DNA from: Candidatus Cloacimonadales bacterium
GTDB taxonomy: Bacteria > Cloacimonadota > Cloacimonadia > Cloacimonadales > JAFGVF01
Assembly (NCBI GenBank): GCA_963678315.1
Contig: OY782781.1
Span: 2,080,001-2,144,000, forward strand
Length of the DNA: 64,000 bases
Direction: 5' to 3'
Shown: positions 28,387 through 38,391 of the stretch, piece by piece
Numbering within the stretch: position 1 is the stretch's first letter
Layout: the number at the start of each line of letters is the position of its first letter
Made by a program: the position numbers and the translations under genes
The notes under the pieces: model-generated
Database searches by the model: none
The model's input: only the letters and a program-made list of their open reading frames with translations
What the model was told of the DNA's origin: nothing

Positions 28387-31300
28387 TAAAACTCCGCCTT
28401 AACTTCGATATTTAATTTGTTATTAACTTTATCCTCAGGGTATTTATCACCAGAGTAATTGAAGTTAACAGTAACATATTTGTTATATTTATATTTCAAA
28501 CTTATGTTCCATTTATTGGAAATACCTTCACGTTTATCCGGTAAATATGTCAAGTATTCACTTCCTGAACGGATATTATATTTCAGTTCATTATTAAACT
28601 GAAGTAAGTATTTGCTTATAAAATTTGATGATACTATGAATTCATAAGATGTTGATAATATTCTATATCTATCATTAGTAATTTGGTTGCTTCCATCTTC
28701 GTCAGTTAAAGAGACAGTGTTAGTAAACTGTGTTTTTTTTAAGTAGCTGAACTTGTTCTTAACAGAGTATCTATTTTGGTCAATATCTGATTGATATTTA
28801 GTATCTTTTTCATTTCTAAATAAATGAGAAATACTTAAATTACCAAATCTAGTTTTCTTAATTAATAACTCGTTTTCTAAAGACTTCAGAGTTATCTTGT
28901 CCGATTCTTGGTACCTATTGTCTAATGTTTTATCAATATCATAAGATACGATGTAATTTAGAGATTTATCATTATTTCTATAATTCATAGAAGTAGAAAG
29001 GTAGTTTCTTCCATATAAAGTAGTTCTTGAGTTCATCAAAGATGATGGTTTTAATAGATAAAGATCTATTTTGTCATCTGTGTTAGATTCTTCTGCTATG
29101 AAACTATTCAGATTGAGTGATAAGTTTCTTAACAGAGCTTTAGAAGTAAATCTACCTAACCTAACATTTATATTGGAATCAAAATTTAATTCAGTAGATA
29201 ATTCTGATTGGCCTGAGTTGATATATACCCATTCATAATCTCCTTCAGAATCATAAACTCCTAAAGAATCGAGGTCACCAAGTCCATCACCGACATATTG
29301 TAATTCTTTAACTTTTGGGTAAAACTCAAGATTATTAATTTTATAGCCTAAATTAACATCTAAACCTTGATCGAAGAAATTGTTATTAGAATTTATCTCA
29401 ATGAAATCAAAATCTTGATCATTCTCAGTTTCCGACTTGTTATCTATTTCTTTATGGGTAAAATCAAATGATGTTGTAGAATTTTCAAATGAAAGTATGT
29501 TACTATTAGAATAAGTTATTGATTTTTGCTTGGACTTCCAACCTTCACTTTTAAGTCTTGTTTCATCATTGGAAAAAGAAAAGGAAGAATTAAAATACTT
29601 CCAATCGTCAGAGGCCAGAGAGTACTTACTTTTTCTGTAATCATTTCCTGACTCACCAACAGACTCGTAAGAATCAATAGTCTTTTCATAAGTATGATTA
29701 TAGTCTAAAGAAAAGACAGACATATTCTTGTGTAAGTCTAGCAAGTAAGAATTATATTTAATTTTTGATATATCATTATCTTCAAAGTCAATATTTGAAT
29801 AGATATAATTCAATCTAAGTTTGGGTGAGTATTTACTTTCAATTAAAGATAAAGAACTGTTATAATAGTCCTTTGTGTAAAGCTCATACAGATTATATTT
29901 AATGAAATCAAAGGCAAGTTGACCTATTAAGTCGTAACTATAATTCAAAGATAAATTATAGTTGTTAGATTTAATGCTATCGACATTTGTATCAATGTTT
30001 AGGTAGTTTAGTTCTAGCGGGTTTTCTAGGTTTTGGAAGGTTGATACATTTTTGGACTTATAAGTATAGGCAAACTGGGATTTGAATTTTGAAGAAGAAT
30101 TATCAAGATTGATGTTTAACTTGTTTCGGCTGATGAAACCTTGATTATCGCTATCATCTATATCGGAAAAAGTATTTTGGTCATTCTCTGAGAATAGAGC
30201 TTCAATCTGATAATTAACTCTTTCATTACCTATGGTTAGAAGAGCATCATAATTAGTCTTTCTCTTAGGAGCTTCAAGTATTCTAGCAGGTATATAATTA
30301 CCGTTGCCCAGTCCAACATACTCAAATTTATCGGGGGCATATTCATTGTAGCTACCTAAGTTGTTGCCTACATAAGAAAAGAAGATATTATATTGGCCAT
30401 TAGCGTTTAGCCCTACATATTCATAGTAATATGTGCTATCAGAAAGAGCAACTTGTATGTAGTTCCCTTGTCCTGTTTCTACTTGATAGATCCCATTAGT
30501 GATAACATTGCTGTCCCCCGCTTCTTTGAATGCTATCAGGTCTTCTTGAGTATGTACATCTTCTAATGGATTATCTTTATCATCTGCTTTACTTAGGACG
30601 TTTACCTGTAACTGGCCATATTTAAAAAGTGAATAATTACCAGAGAAGACATAACTTGTATTGTTGTACTTTTCGTTGGAATACTCAAATGTAATAAAAA
30701 TCTCGGTTTGAGAAGAAACAATCTCTTCAAAAGTAATAGAACCATCACTGTAATCGATGTAATAATCTATTCCTCGTTGAGCTTTATTGCCATCGATATA
30801 AAGAGCTTCTGTTCCTGCAATTATGCTAACATTTGTTTGATTATCATTGATATATATATAGTAAGGACCTTGTTTACCATCAATACAATTAAAGCTATAT
30901 GTATCAGGCTTCCCTTTCGAAACAGCAATGGCAGCTTTCAACTGATTCTTATCATAGAACAATTCATTATCATAAGAAGTATTTCTATATAATCCAAACT
31001 TAAAGCCTTCAAAAAGAGTATAATAATTAATAAAATCTGTATCCTCTATTTTATACTCAACATCTCCAAAAGATAAATCGAAGTAGTCGTTATAAAGCTT
31101 AATAAAGACCTTGTCTAAAGAAGAAAGTTCTTTGCTGCTTCCATCAGTACTTATTGGAGAGTTAGAATCGGATAGCTGAGCATCAATATACAAGTTTTTG
31201 GATAGTTCTCCACTTAGTTTGAGGAATAAGGATTGATTTAGGTCAAATTCTTTGCTATTAGAATATGATATACCAAAGGTTTTGGAACCATTGATATTTA

Positions 31301-31691
31301 GCTTGCTATTATCTAAGAAGTCTAAACTCTTCTTATTCTTAACAACAACATATTGACTATCTGCCTTAACTTGAATCTTATAAAGGTATTCTGCTTCTAA
31401 AAAGTATGCTGGAATTATTTTATAGGTGATCCTTAAGCTAGGATAAGTGAGTATTTTATCTGAGGATAAAGAAATTAACTTTCTTTCATAATCTATTGAA
31501 TAGTCTATATCTCTGGTGAAAACTACTGTGTCAGCGGAAACAACTTCTGAGTTTATGATTGGGTGTTCACTCTGTAAATAGTGATTCTTACTAGAAGTAT
31601 TCATATACTCAACCCTAAGGATATCGAAATCGGAGGCTCTTATTCCAACAACAAGTCCAATAAGAACTAGACAAAAAAGTAACTTATTCAC
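28386..31691 (-). CDS. Large putative outer-membrane beta-barrel protein with SprA-like motifs
   Basis: Signal peptide, abundant amphipathic beta-strands, C-terminal Phe (LNIEVKAEF), and GKQGPYY / IIAGTEALYIDG / RGIDYYIDYSDGSITF motifs. Confidence 0.65.
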   Translation of the reverse strand: MNKLLFCLVLIGLVVGIRASDFDILRVEYMNTSSKNHYLQSEHPIINSEVVSADTVVFTRDIDYSIDYERKLISLSSDKILTYPSLRITYKIIPAYFLEAEYLYKIQVKADSQYVVVKNKKSLDFLDNSKLNINGSKTFGISYSNSKEFDLNQSLFLKLSGELSKNLYIDAQLSDSNSPISTDGSSKELSSLDKVFIKLYNDYFDLSFGDVEYKIEDTDFINYYTLFEGFKFGLYRNTSYDNELFYDKNQLKAAIAVSKGKPDTYSFNCIDGKQGPYYIYINDNQTNVSIIAGTEALYIDGNKAQRGIDYYIDYSDGSITFEEIVSSQTEIFITFEYSNEKYNNTSYVFSGNYSLFKYGQLQVNVLSKADDKDNPLEDVHTQEDLIAFKEAGDSNVITNGIYQVETGQGNYIQVALSDSTYYYEYVGLNANGQYNIFFSYVGNNLGSYNEYAPDKFEYVGLGNGNYIPARILEAPKRKTNYDALLTIGNERVNYQIEALFSENDQNTFSDIDDSDNQGFISRNKLNINLDNSSSKFKSQFAYTYKSKNVSTFQNLENPLELNYLNIDTNVDSIKSNNYNLSLNYSYDLIGQLAFDFIKYNLYELYTKDYYNSSLSLIESKYSPKLRLNYIYSNIDFEDNDISKIKYNSYLLDLHKNMSVFSLDYNHTYEKTIDSYESVGESGNDYRKSKYSLASDDWKYFNSSFSFSNDETRLKSEGWKSKQKSITYSNSNILSFENSTTSFDFTHKEIDNKSETENDQDFDFIEINSNNNFFDQGLDVNLGYKINNLEFYPKVKELQYVGDGLGDLDSLGVYDSEGDYEWVYINSGQSELSTELNFDSNINVRLGRFTSKALLRNLSLNLNSFIAEESNTDDKIDLYLLKPSSLMNSRTTLYGRNYLSTSMNYRNNDKSLNYIVSYDIDKTLDNRYQESDKITLKSLENELLIKKTRFGNLSISHLFRNEKDTKYQSDIDQNRYSVKNKFSYLKKTQFTNTVSLTDEDGSNQITNDRYRILSTSYEFIVSSNFISKYLLQFNNELKYNIRSGSEYLTYLPDKREGISNKWNISLKYKYNKYVTVNFNYSGDKYPEDKVNNKLNIEVKAEF

Positions 31692-31693
31692 TT

Positions 31694-32158
31694 CTAGTAA
31701 AATACAACTTTGTAATCGATTAACTCACCATTAGAGTAGTTAAATTTGGCTGAAAAGAATTTACCTTCTAACATCCATTTGAGAAATACTTTATCTCCTG
31801 CCCATAGATTAAGATTTAATAATTGATTTGTATCAATCCACTCTAGTGTGCCTTCATTAGAATCGACTATGTTCCCAATAAAAGAATCTGATTTATATAG
31901 ATAGACAATCCAGTCATGTTTGCCATCAAAGTTAGGGAAGGTTATTATTCCTGCCAGCTTTTGATTAAGAAGCGATAGACCACTTTCTTCTAAGACTTCT
32001 CTAACTACACATTCCTCAGGAGACTCTCCTTTTTCAAGTTTACCTCCCAAACCGTTCCATTTACCTTCATGAATATCATTATCTTTCTTGTTACGATAAA
32101 GCATTAGAGTTTTGTCATTTTTTTGGATATAACATAAGGTTGCGTTTATAGTTTTCAT
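31694..32158 (-). CDS. 8-oxo-dGTP diphosphatase (MTH1/MutX-like NUDIX)
   Basis: GKWNGLGGKLEKGESPEECVVREVLEESGL, EGTLEW and LWAGD motifs. Confidence 0.9.
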   Translation of the reverse strand: MKTINATLCYIQKNDKTLMLYRNKKDNDIHEGKWNGLGGKLEKGESPEECVVREVLEESGLSLLNQKLAGIITFPNFDGKHDWIVYLYKSDSFIGNIVDSNEGTLEWIDTNQLLNLNLWAGDKVFLKWMLEGKFFSAKFNYSNGELIDYKVVFY

Positions 32159-32168
32159 GGAATCTTCT

Positions 32169-33377
32169 TTATAGGACTATACTCTTCTTTATAATCTCTA
32201 TCTCGGTGGAAATAGAATCTAATGCTACTAAATAATTGTATTGCTTTTGAATATTGTTAACTTCAATCTTCCCCTCATAAAGAGAATCTTCTGAGATATA
32301 AACCATAACGCTACATCCAGAGCTTATCGCCTTATTTAATGCACTGTTAATAGAAAAATCAATTATTCCCTGTACAGTATAGATGTTTTTATCTTGCAGT
32401 TCTTGATGAATCTGTAATTCATTCAAAAGAAACTCTTTCTTCTCTGAACAAATATATACTTTGAAATCGTTACTCATAATAGGGAAAAGATTCTTTTTAT
32501 CAACTAGTTCATATAGTAACTCTAAATCTAAATCAAACCCGATAGAAGAAATATCTCTGCCAACAACCTGCTTGGTAAGTTGATCATATCTTCCACCACC
32601 ACCTAGAAGGATGTCCTCTCCATCTACCTTAACATAGAAGTTGAATACAATGCTATTATAGTAATCAAAAGTTCTTTTTAAATTATAATCTATTTTGTAA
32701 TCGATTCTTAAATTAGATAGAAAGTGTTTTACATTGTTCAGTCTACCGGAACACTCAGTGCAAAGAGAATGAGTTGATGATTCCTTAGCAATCTTCTTCT
32801 TAAGTAATGCAAGTTCACTATTGCTAGATAGGTCTTTTTCTCCATCATCATGGCTGTCTTCATGACTATTATCTGTGTTAATTGCAGAACAGTCTTTACA
32901 TCCATAGGAACCAACTTTAACATAGTAATCTTGAAAACCGAATGCTTTAATTATACTAAGACCAGTTTCTATGATGTTAATGTCAGATACGAGAGTATCA
33001 TCACCATATATTTCAGCACCTAAACGATAGTTCTCACTCACTCCATCTAATGTATTACGGTACATGTTCTCCAAGTAGAAGAACTTTTTAATTCCCTCTG
33101 TAGAATCTAGTCCAAGGAAGTTATTAAGTACATTAATTGTTCCTTCTGGTCTTAAACTAAGCTTTGAATGATAATTAGTTTGCATAACTAAATGATTTAC
33201 TTTAGCAGAATCTGTTGAGCCTTCAAAACTTTTCAAACTATTATAGAGAATTGTGCTGTCTTGGAAAAGGGACAACCTAATCTGTCTGAAGTTTTTTAGT
33301 TGCATTACTTCATATATTGTATTCTCTAAATACTTCCATTTTATAGTATTGTCACAGTTGACGTTCCTTAACTTCAT
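32169..33377 (-). CDS. Divergent histidyl-tRNA synthetase paralog (HisRS/HisZ-like)
   Basis: LRPEGT, LGAEIYG, RTFDYY and GGGGRYDQL, plus a C-terminal anticodon-binding-like domain. Motifs 2 and 3 are degenerate. Confidence 0.75.
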   Translation of the reverse strand: MKLRNVNCDNTIKWKYLENTIYEVMQLKNFRQIRLSLFQDSTILYNSLKSFEGSTDSAKVNHLVMQTNYHSKLSLRPEGTINVLNNFLGLDSTEGIKKFFYLENMYRNTLDGVSENYRLGAEIYGDDTLVSDINIIETGLSIIKAFGFQDYYVKVGSYGCKDCSAINTDNSHEDSHDDGEKDLSSNSELALLKKKIAKESSTHSLCTECSGRLNNVKHFLSNLRIDYKIDYNLKRTFDYYNSIVFNFYVKVDGEDILLGGGGRYDQLTKQVVGRDISSIGFDLDLELLYELVDKKNLFPIMSNDFKVYICSEKKEFLLNELQIHQELQDKNIYTVQGIIDFSINSALNKAISSGCSVMVYISEDSLYEGKIEVNNIQKQYNYLVALDSISTEIEIIKKSIVL

Positions 33378-33757
33378 TTCAAAACACTCTTCTTGTCATA
33401 ATAAATTCTAATTCCGACATTTAATAGAAGTCCAATAAATATGCCTATATAATCTGCAAGCAAATCCCAAACAGAGTATGAGCGAGAAGGAATGAAGCGT
33501 TGAATACCTTCATCTACAAAAGGAAACAAGAGTAAAACTATATAGATAGTTAACTTATAAGTATATTTTATATCAGAATAATGCAAGAATCTATATAAGA
33601 TAATCATAAATGCTACAAATTTAATAATATGCAAAAGTTTATCATAACCTAATATATATTCCATTGGAATAGATGAATTAGGAATGGTTGTTGCTATAAT
33701 ATCTGCAATAAACCAACATATCAAAAGAACAGTATAAAATACTTTTTTATTAATCAT
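33374..33757 (-). CDS. VanZ family membrane protein
   Basis: DKLLH and DEGIQRFIPSRSYSVWDLLADYIG. Start moved to the ATG at 33757. Confidence 0.88.
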   Translation of the reverse strand: MINKKVFYTVLLICWFIADIIATTIPNSSIPMEYILGYDKLLHIIKFVAFMIILYRFLHYSDIKYTYKLTIYIVLLLFPFVDEGIQRFIPSRSYSVWDLLADYIGIFIGLLLNVGIRIYYDKKSVLK

Positions 33758-35039
33758 TTTCTTCCTCTGAATCGATTGCACTAAAGTTAACAAATTCAAT
33801 TCGTTGACCTGCAATTTTCTCAATCACAAATGTACCAATATTTTCAATCTTAACTGATTCTCCTTCTTCAGGAATATGGTTAAATTCTGATAGAAGGTAA
33901 TCTGCAAGATTATCAAACTCATCAGTATCAATGTCAAGAGTTAATTTCTCATTTATTTCAGATATCCCTACCATTCCAGAAAGTTTATACTCATTATCAC
34001 TGATTTGAGTTATTTCTTCTGGTTCATCAATATCATATTCATCTTGGATATCACCAACCAGCTCTTCTAAGATATCTTCTAATGTTACTAATCCTGATGT
34101 TCCACCGTATTCATCTACAACAATCGCAATTTGTATTTTATTTGTTTTAAATTGATTGAATAAAGTTTGTATTTTAGTGTTTTCAGTAACAAAGAAGGCT
34201 GGTCTCATTACTTCTTTTATAGATAATACATCATTATTTAGTATCATATCTTTAACATAAATAATGCCTGTAATTTCATCAATATTTTCTTTAAACACAG
34301 GTATTCTAGAATAACCCGATTCTTTTATCTTTTCTTTCAAACAATCGAGAGTATCGTTTTCTTCCACAGCGACAATATCCACTCTTGGTTGAATAATCTC
34401 TCTAACTTCAGTTGTTGAAAACCGAAAAATACCAGCAATGATTTCTTTTTCATTATCTTCAAGAGGATGATCTGCAGACTCAGATTTAACTAAGTTCTTA
34501 AAATCTTCAGAAGTAAAGCTATATGTTTCTTGCGCCGAAACAACATCTTTCTTTGATATTAAATTAACTACAAGCTCAATTGGTTTAAGAATAGGATAAA
34601 AGATAATGCCTAAAGGTTGGAGAATATAACTTGAATAACCTGCAAATTTCTCGCAATTACCAAAAGCAAATAGTTTTGGAATGATTTCTCCGATAGTAAG
34701 AAGTAATACTGTAGTTATCAGAATCTGTATACCAATCAATACAGGATCGGTATTAGAACTAAAAGTATGATATTGCATATTATATCTAATTGCAATAAGG
34801 GTTGATAGTGATGATACACCAATATTAACTAGAGTGTTTCCTAATAGAATAAGAATTAACAGATAAGTTGGTTTTTCTAAAAGTTTCAAAACCCTTTTAG
34901 AAGTTTTATCGCCTGATGACTCTATTTTTTTTAACTGCAGCTTATTTATTGAAAAGAAAGCAGTTTCAGAACCCGAGAAAAATGCCGATAATGCGAATAA
35001 TATAATTACTATTATAAAGTATAGTATCGAGTCTTCCAC
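33750..35039 (-). CDS. CNNM/CBS/CorC hemolysin-family transporter (GldE-like)
   Basis: SAFFSGSETAFFS, ILLGNTLVN, GEIIPK, GYSRIPV and VDEYGGTSGLVTLEDILEELVG motifs. Confidence 0.93.
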   Translation of the reverse strand: MEDSILYFIIVIILFALSAFFSGSETAFFSINKLQLKKIESSGDKTSKRVLKLLEKPTYLLILILLGNTLVNIGVSSLSTLIAIRYNMQYHTFSSNTDPVLIGIQILITTVLLLTIGEIIPKLFAFGNCEKFAGYSSYILQPLGIIFYPILKPIELVVNLISKKDVVSAQETYSFTSEDFKNLVKSESADHPLEDNEKEIIAGIFRFSTTEVREIIQPRVDIVAVEENDTLDCLKEKIKESGYSRIPVFKENIDEITGIIYVKDMILNNDVLSIKEVMRPAFFVTENTKIQTLFNQFKTNKIQIAIVVDEYGGTSGLVTLEDILEELVGDIQDEYDIDEPEEITQISDNEYKLSGMVGISEINEKLTLDIDTDEFDNLADYLLSEFNHIPEEGESVKIENIGTFVIEKIAGQRIEFVNFSAIDSEEEND

Positions 35040-35056
35040 AATGTGGTAATCTCCTT

Positions 35057-35458
35057 TTAATTTAAATTTCTATAGATAAGTTCTTTTTTACTCATGATAT
35101 TTTTTCCCTCTGCTGAGAGATGGTCATAACCTAACAAATGCAACATACCATGAATAAAAAGCTCTTTGATTTCAGTTTCTAATGTTTTATTACCTTTTTG
35201 CTTATTGGCAACTGAAATGTCAATAATAATCTCACCATATACTGGGATAAAGTCTAACTCATTAGTAAAAGAGATTACATCAGTCTCTGAATCCTTACCT
35301 CTATATTTACTATTAAATTGACGTATCTCTCCCTCATCAAGGAATAAAACATCAACATCTTTTTCTTCTTTTTCTTCTTTGTTCAAAATGTTTACATAGA
35401 CATTGTTTAACATATCAACATCTATTGTGTGTTTACTTTTATTTACAATATTTAACAT
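35057..35458 (-). CDS. ybeY: rRNA maturation endoribonuclease YbeY
   Basis: YRGKDSETDVISF and HGMLHLLGYDH motifs. Confidence 0.95.
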   Translation of the reverse strand: MLNIVNKSKHTIDVDMLNNVYVNILNKEEKEEKDVDVLFLDEGEIRQFNSKYRGKDSETDVISFTNELDFIPVYGEIIIDISVANKQKGNKTLETEIKELFIHGMLHLLGYDHLSAEGKNIMSKKELIYRNLN

Positions 35459-35607
35459 AATTTTTATAGATTATATTTAGTTTAGATTGAAGTTTTGGTC
35501 AAGTAATTTTTGTTCAAATTAAATATAAGTAATAATATATTTTTTTTCTTTACAATAAAAAGGGATAAAACAAAATTATTATATTATAAAATTATTAAGG
35601 AGTACTG

Positions 35608-38235
35608 ATGAAAAAACTAAGCATTTTTTTTATATCTATTCTACTTGTCATCGAGCTTTTAGCTGTTGATGTCAGTGGTAATCAAAGTGGTCAATGGTCC
35701 TATGACCAAAGTCCATACCTTGTCACTGGAGATGTTACTGTTCCATTGGGAGAATCATTAACAATTGAAGCAGGTGTAACTGTAGAATTTAGCGGTGATT
35801 ATCAAATTACTGCTGAAGGAAAGATGATTGCAGTAGGAACTGCTGATTCATTAATTACTTTCAAGGCCAATGAAGAAACAGAAGAGATTACACATCAGGG
35901 TATCAGATTAGAGTATGAAGGTCCTGATTTTAATGAGTTTGATTATTGTGTATTCATGAATGGTGAAGATGGAGTAAATTCAATTGATGCACCTGTCAAA
36001 ATTTCTAATTCTCATTTTGCATATAATGATGAAGGTATCCATCTTTTTGCTATCGGTAATCCTAACCCACCGCGAGCTGAAATTACAAATAATTTAATTG
36101 AGACAAGTGTAAAAAGTGGTATTTCAATAGCTGAGAATGGAAATGCTTTGATTGAAGACAATGAATTAACCGGTAATGGTACTGGACCTCAGTTTAGAGG
36201 TGCAATTCAAATGCAAATTCAATCTGATAATTCTTATATAGCTCCTGAAATTAGAAGCAACAATATTCATGATAATCACTATCAAGGAATTACTTCTTCT
36301 GATATGTTCTCATGTGGAACTATTGATGCTCAGATATTTAATAACACTATCACAAGAAATTACACTGGTGTATACTTCTATAATACTACAGGTACTTTAG
36401 TTGGCAATACAATAACAGATAATTACATTGAAGGCAACATGAATTCAGGTGCTGGTGTGATGTGTTATGCAGCTGGGGCTACTCCTTATATAGCTCAGAA
36501 TGTGATTTCAGGAAACTATGGTGGTATCTATATTGCTAGTAATGCTAATCCTATAATTGGTGCACCTGAAATGAATCATCCACATGCTATCGGTATGAAT
36601 CACATAGAGGATAATATCGACGTAAACGACAATAATAATAGTGTTATTCTTAACGGTGTAGCTTCTGATGTAACTATCTTAGCTAAAAATAACTTCTGGG
36701 GCTCCACTGATCCAAGTGTTATTGATGAAACTATTACTGACCAAAATGATAATTCATCTTTGGGCTTAGTAGAATACTTACCACTAGCATCAGATGAAGA
36801 ATTATCTATAACTGTTAATATTACTGATGATAATGAAAATGGAAGTCCTTATTATCTATCAATATGGAACTTAGATACAAATATAAAAGATACACAAGTA
36901 TTTGAATCACCTTCTTCTAGCAATGTTATAAATATTGAAGCAGGATCTTATGCTTTCTATGCAAAGAAACATGGTTTTACTCCATTTACTGATGATGTTT
37001 ATGCATATGCCGGCGACTTTGATATGCTCGATATATACGAAATTTCTCCATTGAATAACAACATTGAAATCAATCTTCACTTCAGTGATACACCTACTCC
37101 AAGAAGATACAAGACTTATGATAGTTTTGACTTAAACGGAACTACTGTCATACCTTTATGGACACCAAACCAATTAAGCGAGAATGTTAAGCAACTTATA
37201 TATGAGAATAATGATGGTGATATCATGCTCAAAGGCTATCAACATTACACAGCTGATGGATGGCAAAGTGTTGAATTAGAAGAAGAACTTCTTTATTCAA
37301 AAAATAATGCTGTTTATAATGATGCTTGGACAGGTTATCATGTAACAAGTATTGACCCATCTTACCCTATATTTTCTAAATATTCTATCCATAGGGGAAT
37401 AATCAATAAAGAAATAAATGGAGCGGACTATAATGTTCAATATATAACAACAAGCTATTCTTCTCCGTTTGACCACACTATTGATTCTGAAGAAGAATAT
37501 ATTGGTGCTATCTTCCCTATTCATACTGCTTTTTATGATGCTTCAACTATTCTCTACTCTAGTTATAATTATGACATCATTCCAAGTGATGTTACTACCG
37601 ATATGATGACTTTAACTGAATCAAGTGAAGCAATTATGATAGAGGAGAATATCGGTCAACAACCTACAAATATTTTCAGAATTGATGAAAACCTTTATTG
37701 GGATCAGATGTACATATTTGATAATTCAGCTGATGTTATTTCATATCGTGTAGAGTTCTCACGCCCTGATTTGGGTTATCCAAATTCAGAATCATACCCA
37801 GTTGCATCATGGGAGCATTCATTCGAAATTCCATTACGACACTTCGAAAATCAATTTGATTGCATAGTAAAAGCTATTGACAATTCAAATTCTGTTGTTG
37901 GAATCTCAGATACTATAAGATGGAGACCAACTCCTACTTCAAACAATGACGTTGAAAGTGTAACTCTTCTTGAAGGCAATTATCCAAATCCTTTCAATCC
38001 TGAAACTACAATTTCTTACAATGTAGCTAATGATAGTAAAGTAACTATTGAAGTTTATAATCTTCTTGGACAAAAAGTAAAAACACTTGTTGATGATATT
38101 GTATCTCATGGTAATCATTCAGTTGTATGGAATGGTAAAGATGATAGCAACAAGCAGGTTGCTTCCGGAGTTTACTTCTACAAAATGAAGAATGGTAAAT
38201 ATTCAAAAACAAAGAAAATGGTACTCATGAAATAG
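35608..38235 (+). CDS. Secreted right-handed parallel beta-helix protein with C-terminal FlgD-Ig/T9SS-type-A-like domain
   Basis: Signal peptide; SPYLVTGDVTV...LTIEAGV cap; repeated IxxNxIxxN..G(I/V) units; NNFWG; C-terminal GNYPNPFNPETTISY...WNGKD...SGVYFY...KKMVLMK. Confidence 0.85.
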   Translation: MKKLSIFFISILLVIELLAVDVSGNQSGQWSYDQSPYLVTGDVTVPLGESLTIEAGVTVEFSGDYQITAEGKMIAVGTADSLITFKANEETEEITHQGIRLEYEGPDFNEFDYCVFMNGEDGVNSIDAPVKISNSHFAYNDEGIHLFAIGNPNPPRAEITNNLIETSVKSGISIAENGNALIEDNELTGNGTGPQFRGAIQMQIQSDNSYIAPEIRSNNIHDNHYQGITSSDMFSCGTIDAQIFNNTITRNYTGVYFYNTTGTLVGNTITDNYIEGNMNSGAGVMCYAAGATPYIAQNVISGNYGGIYIASNANPIIGAPEMNHPHAIGMNHIEDNIDVNDNNNSVILNGVASDVTILAKNNFWGSTDPSVIDETITDQNDNSSLGLVEYLPLASDEELSITVNITDDNENGSPYYLSIWNLDTNIKDTQVFESPSSSNVINIEAGSYAFYAKKHGFTPFTDDVYAYAGDFDMLDIYEISPLNNNIEINLHFSDTPTPRRYKTYDSFDLNGTTVIPLWTPNQLSENVKQLIYENNDGDIMLKGYQHYTADGWQSVELEEELLYSKNNAVYNDAWTGYHVTSIDPSYPIFSKYSIHRGIINKEINGADYNVQYITTSYSSPFDHTIDSEEEYIGAIFPIHTAFYDASTILYSSYNYDIIPSDVTTDMMTLTESSEAIMIEENIGQQPTNIFRIDENLYWDQMYIFDNSADVISYRVEFSRPDLGYPNSESYPVASWEHSFEIPLRHFENQFDCIVKAIDNSNSVVGISDTIRWRPTPTSNNDVESVTLLEGNYPNPFNPETTISYNVANDSKVTIEVYNLLGQKVKTLVDDIVSHGNHSVVWNGKDDSNKQVASGVYFYKMKNGKYSKTKKMVLMK

Positions 38236-38253
38236 TATCATAAAAAATATCCT

Positions 38254-38286
38254 AAAGCTCACAATAATTGTGGGCTTTTTGTTTTT
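38254..38286 (+). terminator. Intrinsic terminator after the beta-helix protein gene
   Basis: AAAGCTCACAAT-A-ATTGTGGGCTTT hairpin followed by a T run. Confidence 0.8.
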
Positions 38287-38391
38287 CTAATCTAGTTAAA
38301 TTCTTCAAAATATTCGTTGGTTCTTATGGTATAAGCCTAATTAGGATGAGGAAAAACCCCTACATATAGTAAATTTAATCCTTAAAACCTT

